NCBI RefSeq assembly: GCF_009914755.1
Contig: NC_060947.1
Source of the DNA: the human T2T-CHM13v2.0 reference genome, Homo sapiens
Length of the DNA: 64,000 bases
Reading direction: 5' to 3' (one strand)
Positions 53,519 to 64,000 of this stretch are shown piece after piece. Within the stretch, counting starts at the first letter, position 1, and each line of letters opens with the position of its first letter. The notes below the pieces were generated by a model. The model made no database searches. It worked only from the letters and a program-made list of their open reading frames with translations, and was not told where the DNA came from. The translations under genes and the position numbers were made by a program.

Positions 53519-56500
53519 AAAGACATACCCGAGACTGGGAAGAAAAAAAGGTTTAATTGGACTTAAGTTCTGCATGGCTGGGAAGGCCTCAGAATCATGG
53601 GGGAGGTGAAAAGCACATCTTACATGGCAGTGGCAGGGGAAAAATGAGACAGAATCAAAAGCAGAAACCCCTGATAAACCCATCAGATCTCGTGAGACTT
53701 ATTCACTATCAAGAGAATAGCATGGGAAAGATCAGCCCCCTTGATTCAATTATCTCCCCCTGGGTCTCTCCCACAACATGTGGGAATTCAGGGAGATACA
53801 ATTCAAGTTGAAATTTGGGTGGGAACACAGCCAAACCATATCTTTCCACCCCTGGCCCCTCCAAATCTCACGTCCTCACATTTCAAAACCAATCATGCCT
53901 TCCCAACATTTTCAAAAAGTCTTAACTCAGTTCAGCATTAACCCAAAAGTCTACAGTCCAAACTCTCATCTGAGACAAGGCCAGTCCCTTCCACCCGTAA
54001 AATCAAAAGCAAGGTAGTTACTTCCTGTATACATTGGGGGTACAGGTATTGGGTGAATACAGCCATTCCAAATGGGAGAAATTGGCCAAAACAAAGGGGT
54101 TACAGTACCCATGCAAGCCCGAAGTCTATCAAGGCAGTCAAATTTTCAAGCTCCAAAATGATCTCCTTTGATTCCAGGTCTCACATGCAGGTCATGCTGA
54201 TGCAAGAGGTGGGTTCCTATGGTCTTGGGCAGCTCTGCCCCTGTGGCATTGCAGGGTACAAACTCTCTCCCATCTGCTTTCATGTGCTGGCGTTGAGTAT
54301 CTGTGGTTTTTCCAGGTGAATGGTGCAAGCTGTCAGTAGCTCTACCATTGTGGGGTTGGGAGGATGGTGACCCTCTTCTCACAGCTCCACTAGGCGGTGC
54401 CCCAGTAGATACTTTGTTTGGGGGCTCCGACCCCACATTTTCTTTTTGCACTGCCCTAACAGAGGTTCTCCAAGAAGACCCCTCCCCTGCAGCAAAGTTT
54501 TGCCTGGGCATCTAGATGTTCCCATACATCCTCTGAAATCCAGGCAGAGATTCCCAAACCTCAACTCTTGACTTCTGTGCACCCGCAGGCTCAACACCAC
54601 ATGGAAGCTTCCAAGGTTTGGGGCTTGCACGCTCTGAAACCATGAGCCAAGCTGCACCTTGGCCCCTTTTAGCAATAGCTGAAGTGGGTGGGACACAGGG
54701 CACCAAGTCCCTGGGCTGCACACTGCAGGAGGACCCTGAGCCCAGCCAACGAAACCACTTTTTCCTCCTAAGTTCCAGGTCTGTGATGGGAGGAGCTGCC
54801 ATGAGTACCTATGGCATGCCCTAGAGACATTTTCCCCATTGTCTTGGGGATTAACATTCGGCTCCTTGTTACTTATGCAAATTTCTGCAGCCAGCTTGAA
54901 TCTCTCCTCAGAGAATTTCTCCTCAGAAAATGGGTTTTTCTTTTCTACTGCATCATCAGGCTGAAAATTTTCTGAACTTTTATGGTCTGTTTTTCTTTTA
55001 AAATTGAATGTTTTTAACAACTCACAAGTCATCTTTTGAATGCTTTGCTGCTTAGAAATTTCTTCCACCAGATACACTAAATCATCTCTCTCAAGTTCAA
55101 AGCTCCACAAATTTCCAGGGGCAAAATGCTGTGAGTCTTTTTGCTAACACATAACAAGAGTCTCCTCTGTTCCAGTTCCCAACAAGTTTCTAATCTCCAT
55201 CTGAGACCATCTCAGCCTAGACCTTATTGTTCATATTACTATCAGCATTTTTGTCAAAGCCATTCAACAAGTCTCTAGGAGGTTCCAATCTTTCCCACGT
55301 TTTTCTTTCTTCTTCTGAGCCCTCTAAACTGTTCCAACCTGTGCCTGATATCCAGTTCCAAAGTTACTTCCACATTTTCAGGTATCTTTTCAGCAATGTC
55401 CCCCTCTACTGGTACCAATTTAGTGTATTAGTCCATTTTCATGCTGCTGATAAAGACATGCCCGAGACTGGGAAGAAGAAGAGGTTTAATTGGATTTACA
55501 GTTCCAGATGACTGGGGAAGCCTCAGAAATATGGCAGGAAGTGAAAGGCACTTCTTTCATGGTGGCAGCAAGAGAAAAATGAGAAAGAAGTGAAAGCAGA
55601 AACCCCTGATAAACCCATCAGATCTCTTGAGCCTTATTCACTATCACGAGAATAGCATGGGAAAGACCAGACCCCATGATTCAATGACCTCTCTCTGGGT
55701 CCCTACTACAACACGTGAGAAATCTGGGAGATGCAATTCAAGTTGAGATTTGGGTGGGGACACAGCCAAATTATATCATCATACAGTTTTGAAGCACATA
55801 TTTATGTTAATGTAACTCGAAGGAAATAAAACACCATTTCTTATTTGAAAATGCTTTCTGTATCGTTTTTATATACCAAATAAGCCTATTTCATCTCTCT
55901 TAGACTTCCAGGGTCTCTAAAGTCCAAAAAAAAAGGTAATTGAATGTCAAAAAGACTAAATTTAATGATTTGAAATTTGATTATCAGAAGTTTATCTTAA
56001 AAAGTTGTAGTTAATATGATAAATATAAAAACATCTACTTACAATGAAATCACAGTTTGATGAAAAATAACAGATATTTAGCAACAGTCATAATTCAAAT
56101 ATTTCATAAATCAAAAATTTATACTCTTTCATAGAGACTCCATTTTTTAAACAATTAAATTAACAAATACAGACAGTATGTAACAAACACTTCTCCCCTT
56201 TTTTTGCAGTTTTCTTAAAAGTTAAACTAAAATGTTTTACTGTCATTTATTACTACTACATGAAAATCTTGTTCAAAAGAGAAAACAAATTCTACCTTTT
56301 TGCATTATTGTATTATTAATGCTAAAGATAATTTTAATAAAACCTTATAAACAATTCTATCCAATCTCAATCACTTTTGATCATACAAGATATTTTTATA
56401 AAGCTTTTATAGCCTCTTACATATGTCTCCAGTTTTTAATCCAACATTCTATATCTATTTAGCTTTATCTATTATTTTCTGTATTTTTTCAAATTAACAC

Positions 56501-56642
56501 ATCTTCTAAAAACCTCTAAACTACACTAACTACCTTCTGTTTAACAAAATCCCATTCTTGTGTCTTCTTTAAAACTTTCCTCAACAAAAACACATCCTAT
56601 ATTTCTTGTACGCTTTTCATACAGAAGTGTTGCTATTGTATC

Positions 56643-57047
56643 TGAGGATAGAGATCATTTCTCCTACTGTCCCCTGTCTCCAAAGAAAAGGAGGAAGTAA
56701 AAACTGAAAAATAACAGACTGATCGGCACCACTGGCCAGGCCTATAGGTTAAAGATTGTCACCCACCCTAACACCTTGTTCTATCTATAAATCACAGACA
56801 ATAGTATGGAGAAATACTTGCCTTGCTCACCACCCCCACCTAGTCATGTGCCCCATGCTTGCTCAATCTATCACGACCTTTTCACATGGACCCCTTAGAG
56901 TTGTAAGCCCTTAAAAGGGCCAGGAACTCCTTCTTCAGGGAGCTTGGTTCTTGAGATCCAAGTCTGCCGACACTCCCAGCCAAATAAAGCCTCTTCCTTC
57001 TTTAACCTGGTGTCTGAGGGGTTTTGTCTGCAGCTCGTCCTGCTACA
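56643..57047 (+). mobile_element. Solo ERV1 LTR, LTR2-like (HERV-E/Harlequin group)
   Basis: TG...CA termini; TSD tatc/tatc; 'cccttaaaaggg', AATAAA, and end 'ggtgtctgaggggttttgtctgcagctcgtcctgctaca'. Confidence 0.85.
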
Positions 57048-58307
57048 TATCCGTTAGTTTTAATTATATTAATTACAATATTAACAAATATATCAACTAT
57101 AAATAATTATAACTAATATAATTACTAATTATATTAGTTACAAATATATTAATTACAATGTTAACTTTATTAACCCTTATTTTTTGTGAAAAAGAAAAAT
57201 CCTAAAAGGTAAGAATTTTTAGTTGTTATTTACTAGATGCAGAACCCAAGACAAAAGACAGCCTCTGAAGACAATGTTTTAAGCATCCTACCACTCCCAG
57301 CATGGCCAGGAGACACAGTTGGGACAGGAAAGACATACTGGGTTTGGCTCTACCTAAGCCTCACCGTGGCCACATATATCTTAAAACCTAAGAGATAAAC
57401 TTAAAGATAAATATAGCAAGTATCAAAAATATCAAAAAAGTAACAGTTTTATGATTTTAAAACATCTACTGGAGACAGTATAATCTTTTAAAATAAATGG
57501 ACCCCGGCAAAAATTTCTGAATTATATTTAATCCTAATAGTTCTAAAGATATTCTAATTTTATTTTACCAACAATTTTTAAATTAGCTTTATTTAGCAAA
57601 GATTACTAAAGTCACATAAACTTGAAAAGCATTTGGGCTTACTTAATTCATTTATTAGTATTCATTTATGTATAAGTGAATTTGGCACAACATAGAAGAT
57701 ATATAAACATAGACATGTACACATGTATACATAAAAATACAGACAAATATAAATAAAGGCTGCAAATCTTCGATTTTAAAATTCTAGCCATAATACTGGT
57801 AAATCTTTCTAGATTAAAAGGAAAGTTGGATTCAAACTGTGCCTTTGTAAATGCAAAAAGTTAATGTTTATCTGTGTCTCATGGCTGAAGTTGTGACCAA
57901 GTTTTAGAGAAAACCGGGTAGTAAATTTACATTTCAAAGCACAAAGAGAATTTCAGCTTTCTTTGAGAAGGAGTTAGGGTGTGTTCATCAGAGGAAGATT
58001 AAAAATGGATGCCAAGGTGACAAAAAATTATGCAAATTTACCACAGGTTTGTACAAGGAGACAAACATATGAGCATAGATAAAATTCAGAAATCTTTTCA
58101 AAATAACCAGTGGAATGTTAGAAAGTCATATTTTGGAGATCAAACCAGTTAGGTTTAGTCTCTTTTATAGTTTGACCACTGAGCTAAGGGTGGAGATCAT
58201 CAATGAATTGAGCCAATGAAGCATTTGGAGTCTTTAGGGTCTAATACCAATTTATATAAAAAGCAGGAACAGCTGGATGGCAGAACAATTTGTAAAGTTA
58301 AAAATTC

Positions 58308-58436
58308 AGCTGGGCATGGTTGCATGCATCTGTACTTCCAGCTAAATGAGAGGCCAAGGTAAGTGGAATATTTGAAGCCAGGAGTTCATGGCTAGTGTAG
58401 GCAACATAGTGAGACTGTCTCTAAAATTTAAAAAAA
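58308..58436 (+). mobile_element. Alu monomer (FLAM-like)
   Basis: Diverged single arm; TSD ttaaaaattc on both sides. Confidence 0.8.
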
Positions 58437-59123
58437 TTAAAAATTCTACATTTACACTGAACCTCAAGTTCCTCAAGACGGGGAAACACTATGGTAATGG
58501 GCCCACAATGTTTCTATAGTGCAGATCACTATGGAGACATTTCCCTTTGGCTGGTGGGCAACCCATCACCAATCAGCCCATTCTTTCATAAGTCTATACC
58601 CCATGAAAGTCTTATCTCTCAGTGGCCAGAATTTCCACAGCCTCCAAGTGTTTAAATGTGACTATTTATCTAAAACTGCAAAGAAAATAGTAGTTTCCTG
58701 CAGTGATAACAATTCACTGTAACCTCTCTACCTACACCCCTTCCAAAATTGCATTTCTTCCCAATGACTTGTGATCTATTACACACACAAAAGTCAAATT
58801 CTTTCTCACAGTACAAAGTACTCCCTGGTACATCCAAAAGCCAAAGAGATGAGGTAATGCAATTCAAAAGAGAGAAGAGCTTTAGATCTAAGAGGAACCC
58901 ATCTATGACTTCTTGGACTCAACAAGAAAGAAACCCCCAAAAGGGGGTGTGTGCCATCATTTTCTTTTTTCCTCAAGAAGTCTCAGAGTCCTTACAAGTT
59001 TCCTCTATATTCCTTCATGTGGTACTGAAGACAGCAAAGAGGGAGTAGGGAGACGAGGAAGTAAATGGGATAATATTCCCAAAGGAGCCAATTTGAGATG
59101 TTAAGCTTTTGAGAAGACCAATA

Positions 59124-59419
<296 letters not shown>

Positions 59420-59553
59420 TAAAATTTACATTTTTTATGTGCAAAAATCTTAACAAGCAGAGAAGTAAACAGAAGGACACAACATAATGCAGTTTTTAGT
59501 CAACTGAAAACAAATTATCAGAAACAAGATTCAAAAAAGAAAAAGCAGAAAGA

Positions 59554-59554
<1 letters not shown>

Positions 59555-59608
<54 letters not shown>
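59555..59608. repeat. (CA)n microsatellite
   Basis: Seen directly. Confidence 0.97.
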
Positions 59609-59610
<2 letters not shown>

Positions 59611-59774
59611 TATTAAAGAACAGAGCTTTAGACCTGAGAGAAACCCCTCTTTTAATTAAGGGGAGTTCTGACCATAGAGATATTTAAAAATCATTTTACA
59701 TCTCTTATTATCAAATTTTAACCTGGACAAACAGCAAATATTTCTGGCTTTCAAATTTTTTCTTTTACCAAAGG

Positions 59775-60497
59775 TGTTAGAATAGGTAGCTAAGCCAGCA
59801 TGAGCAGGACAGGAGAGCTCCCCACCCCCAGGAATGTCAGGGAAACATCAGGTGATGATCAGGTGATTGTCTCTTTAAGCTGTTTCTCTAAAATTATAAT
59901 TAACTACAGATGATGCCAGGGGAAGACGTGTCCCAATAGATAGAAAACACCTGGATCTGGTGATCAGCAGCTCCCTGAAAAGATCTCAGGAATTGGGCAA
60001 ACGTGCTCAAGCACGCATATTAGGAGGCAAAATGGTAGAGTTTAACCAGTATTTGATCTTCCTCTGGAAACACTTGACTGGTGAGGGAAAAAAAATGCCT
60101 CAAGTGAGCATGCACACAACTTCAGTAAACACACTGTGCACGTGGTTCCTCCCAAGTGCTGACAGGCCATTGTGCATGTGGACAGCCTTTCCCAAAGGAA
60201 GAATCATGGGAGAAGAAATGCAAATCCTGAAACTATGCCAAGGTATAAAATCCCAAGCCAAGGGCCTAACAGGGCAATTGGATCTCTCATGTTGCCTGCT
60301 TGGCCCTCTTCCAAGTGTACTTTATTTCCTTTCACTCCTGCTCTAAAACTTGTTTGTAAACTCTCATATCTGCTCTAAAATTTGTCTTGGACTATTCCTC
60401 TACCTAAAACCCACGTCTGCCTCTTGGCCAAATTCATTTTGCCAAGGAGGCAAGGATTGAGATGCTGCAGACCTGTATGAATTTTCTGCTGGTAACA
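59775..60497 (+). mobile_element. MER50-like 5' LTR
   Basis: 'tgttagaataggtagct...aggaatgtcagg...cccaatagatagaaaacacctg...ggtaaca', with TATA-like 'gtataaaa' at about 60243. Confidence 0.85.
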
Positions 60498-62559
60498 TAC
60501 TTTGGTGCCAGATGACTCAGATACATTTCCTAGTGGTAATGCTTCTATGCTTCACCTTCATGGGCTGGATGCATTCAACCTCCATACATGGTTTTCTTCT
60601 CCCCTTTCACTCTCCTGCTTATTAACCGATGGCCAGAATGATTCCTCCTAGCCACAGTGGCTCTGCTCCCTGCAGCTGATCTCTAATCTCACTGTGATGG
60701 GTATTTCACAGAGGTAGGAAGGACCTCAGAGTCCACACCGAGTAGATCTAAGACACTAATGGCCCTTCTGGACAGGGGGCTTATGAGAGTGGTAGAGCTA
60801 AAACCTAAAACCATGTAATGTATGGGGTTTCCTCTGCTTATTCAACTAAAATTGGCTCTTTACCAAAACCCAACACTGCGTATTCTCTTGTTTTCTCTCT
60901 GTGTGTTCTGAAATGGCCATGAGCACCTGCTGGATTATCCACCTTGGGGGCAAGTCCGCCTTTTCCCTGCTTTGACTTTGAAAGCCATGAGCATTTTCCC
61001 TACCTCAAACACACTCCTAGTTTGTTATTCATGTGTCCATCGCCTTTGTTGCATTTGTGCAGCAGCAAAGACATGAGCTTCACTGCAGATGTCAGCTGGC
61101 TGATTGCTGGGACAGACACCAACCGTAACCCCAGCTCTGCCAACTTCTTATGGCTTACCATATGCTTTTTATGCATTACGCTACAAGGCCAAGTTTTTCG
61201 ATGGCCTTTGAAGTAGATTGTCCCCTGTATAGAACCTCACTCTACAGGATTTTGAAAACCCCACCTACCTGTTTTGAGTTAGCATCTCTTTGGGAGGAGA
61301 GAAAGTTCTTTCTTTTACATTTGCAAGGCTTTATCTGAAGCCCCAAGTCCCCCAGAAGTACCTCCTTTATGTCATGAGAGCAAGTAAATGTTGCCCTCTC
61401 CAATCCAAGGGCTGCCGTTTTTGAAAGCATATGAAGATTTTCCGTGAATATTCCTCTTGCTTCCTCCCACTTCCTCTTGTAGCAGAAATATTGTCCTGTC
61501 TGTTTAAACATTTGTTCTGCACATTACCCTGGGGAGATGAGGAACCCTAATACAAATTTTCCTCCATTTCTCTAATCATTTCCACACCCATTTTCATATT
61601 CATCAGGACCTTCAAGGCTATATTTGAAGGGAGGGAAGTCCAGCTCCCTTGAGACAGTTGGCTAAAAAACAGGCTTCTCGTTTACTTAAAGAACATGGAA
61701 AATGGGAATATAAAAAAGAGATAATAATTTTAAGGCTAGAATGCACCAAACAAGAGTTGCTATGTGGTCATGGAGACAAGGATATAGACTGGCCCAAGGC
61801 CACAAGCATTGGAGGCCAAAGTACTCACAGAACAGAGATGAAGGCTAGTTCCAGGCTATCAATGCAAAGCAGATCACTACTAGAACAGAAATGAAGGCTG
61901 CTCCCTGAAATGGGATGGGACCTGGGTCAGGGGTATCCAGTAACCACTGGTTAATTCCAGAACCCTTTGGTTGAATGGAGGGTACCCTGATCACTCCAGT
62001 TTGCCATAGGTTCAGGATTAAGGAAAGAAGGGGGAACACCTTCTTATTCCCTTCTTTCCTATGGTATCTCTTCACAAATGGGTAATTGCACCACTATAAA
62101 ACAATATGGGACCAAGCTTTGGGGTACCTGGTAAGCACTGGTTCATTCTGGAACCCCTAAAATAGATGAGAGACACCCTATTCACTCTGGTCTGTCATAA
62201 CTGCAGGAAAAATGAATAAATGAAAAAATGCCCTATTCACTCCAGTCTGCCATAAGTACATGAAAAATGGATAAATGACGGAAGGTCCTATTCACTTAGA
62301 CCTGCTATAAGTTCAGAAAAAAGTAAGAAAACTACAGGGGATGTCTTCTTTATTCCTTCTCTGTTCTCTTTTTGCAGATGAGTAATTACATCTCCATAAC
62401 ACAAGGCACACCCCTGGTATACATCCTCAAGAACTGGTAAAATTTAAAACCTTAAAAGGAAAAGGCAAATATTTTTTGTAACAGCCTGTGTTCAACGCAA
62501 GCTCTGGGACCAGGAATCTTAGTTTGGAGAATGGAAGCATAAATTTTAATATGATCCAT
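60498..62559 (+). mobile_element. MER50-type internal region: leader and decayed gag start
   Basis: Follows the LTR and PBS; MA-like 'MSNYISITQGTPLVYILKNW' from about 62378; interrupted by THE1. Confidence 0.7.
60503..60522 (+). promoter_or_regulatory. Degenerate tRNA-His-like PBS
   Basis: tggtgccagatgactcagat versus TGGTGCCGTGACTCGGAT, just after the LTR end. Confidence 0.6.
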
Positions 62560-64000
62560 TGCTATGGTTTTGCTGTGTCTCCACCTAAATCTCACCTTGA
62601 ATTGTAATAATCTCCACATGTCAAGGCTTGGGCCAGGTGGAGATAATTGAAACATAGGGGCAGTTTCCCCCACACTCTTCTCATGGTACTGAATAAGTCT
62701 CACAAGATCTGAGTTCCCCTGAACAAGCTCTCTTGTCTGCTGCCATCTAAGATGTGACTTTGTTCCTCATTCACCTTCTGCCATGATTGTAAGGCCTCCC
62801 CAGGAATGTGAAACTGTGAGTAAATTAAACCTCTTTTCTTTATAAATTACCCAGGCTTTATTAGCATCATGAGAACAGACTAATACAGTACACTGGTACT
62901 GGGCATGGGGAACTGTTATAAAGGTACCCAAAAATGTAGAAACAACTTTGGAACTGGGTGACAGGCAGAGGGTGGAACAGTTTGGAGGGCTCAGAAGACA
63001 GGAAAATGTGATAAAGTTTGGAACTTCCTAGTGACTTGTGGTAGGCTTTGACCAAAATCTTGATAGTGATATAGACAATAAAATCCAGGCTGAGGTGGTC
63101 TCAGATGGAAATAAAGAATATTGGGAACTGAAATAAAGGTCACTCTTGGTATGCAGAGACTGGAGGCATTTTTTCCCTGCCCTAGAGATCTCTGGAACTT
63201 TGAATTTGAGAGAAGTAATTTAGGGCACTGGTGGAAGAAATTTCTAAGCTGCAATGTGTTCAAGAGGAAGAGAGCATATAAGTTTGAAAAATTTGCAGCC
63301 TGACAATGCAGTCAAAAAGAAAAGCCAATTTTCTTGGGAGAAATTCAGGCCAGCAATAGAAATTTGCATAAGTAATGTGAAGACAAATGCTAATCGCCAA
63401 GACAGTGGGAAAAATGTCTCTAGGGCATGTCAGAGATTTTCATGGCAGCAGCGGTTCCCATCACAGGCATAGATGCTTAGGAAAGAAAAAATGGTTTACT
63501 GGGCTGGGTCCAGGGCCCCCCTACTGTGGGCAGCCTCAAGACTTGGTGCCCTGCAACCCAGCCAGTTCAGCTATGGCTAAGGTACAGGTCAGGCTGTAGC
63601 TTCAGAGGGTTCAAGCTCCAATCCTTGGCAACTTTCATGTGGCGTTGAGGGTGTGGGTGCAAGAATTGAGGTTTAGGAACCTCTGCTTAGATTTCAGAGG
63701 ATCTATGTAAATGCCTGGAAGCAGAGGTGTGCTGCAGGGGCAGGACCCTCATGGAGAACCTCTGCTAGGCAGTACAGAAGGTAAAGGTGGGGTGGAAGGC
63801 CCCACACAGAGTCCCCACTGGGGCACTGCCTAGTGGAGCTGTGAAAAGAGGACTACTATCTTCCAGATCCCAGAATGGTAGATTCATTGACAGCTTGCAC
63901 CATGCACCTGGAAAAGCCACAGACACTCAACATCAGCCCATGAAGTCAGCCAGGAGGAGGGCCATACCCTGCAAAGCCACAGAGATGGAACTGCCTAAGA
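62560..64000 (+). mobile_element. THE1-family provirus: 5' LTR 62560-62887, internal region runs off the window
   Basis: LTR 'tgctatggtttt...gactaataca', then internal 'CPRDLWNFEFER' remnant. Confidence 0.92.

Noticed and set aside
54379-55110. 243-aa ORF as a novel protein
   Set aside because: Known THE1 internal ORF remnant that appears to shift frame midway; homologous pieces occur at 9709-10161 and 63121-63472.

Overview
Primate (human-like) genomic DNA made almost entirely of nested retrotransposons. I see no host exon, RNA gene or prokaryotic system, and the ORF track is explained by decayed L1, ERV and Alu sequence. Layout: (i) three old L1PB/L1PA15-16-type elements head-to-tail on the minus strand (about 6.3-15.9, 18.4-34.1 and 34.1-40.9 kb); (ii) younger plus-strand L1PA copies (298-5600, 31391-32202, 43181-46545, 47738-53518); (iii) THE1/MaLR proviruses and LTRs; (iv) a 3'-truncated gamma-like ERV (LTR, Arg-tRNA PBS, long leader, gag-pro-pol; minus strand, 22674-29374); (v) a MER4-group ERV internal region, MER4A-like and LTR2-like solo LTRs, and a MER50 provirus; (vi) several Alus. 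The most notable observations are mechanistic. A TSD-bracketed L1 carries a ~446-bp 3' transduction with its own AATAAA and tail. There are further transduction candidates. Two near-full-length L1s have ORF1/ORF2 junction deletions, one giving an in-frame fusion. There is a tailless internal L1 patch, several templated or fold-back insertions, and a reconstructable deletion that removed half of the ERV. The ERV has a repeat-containing pre-gag leader with a 241-codon sense ORF. I cannot support a claim of a new biological system. Subfamily names come from recalled consensus features and need RepeatMasker/Dfam confirmation.
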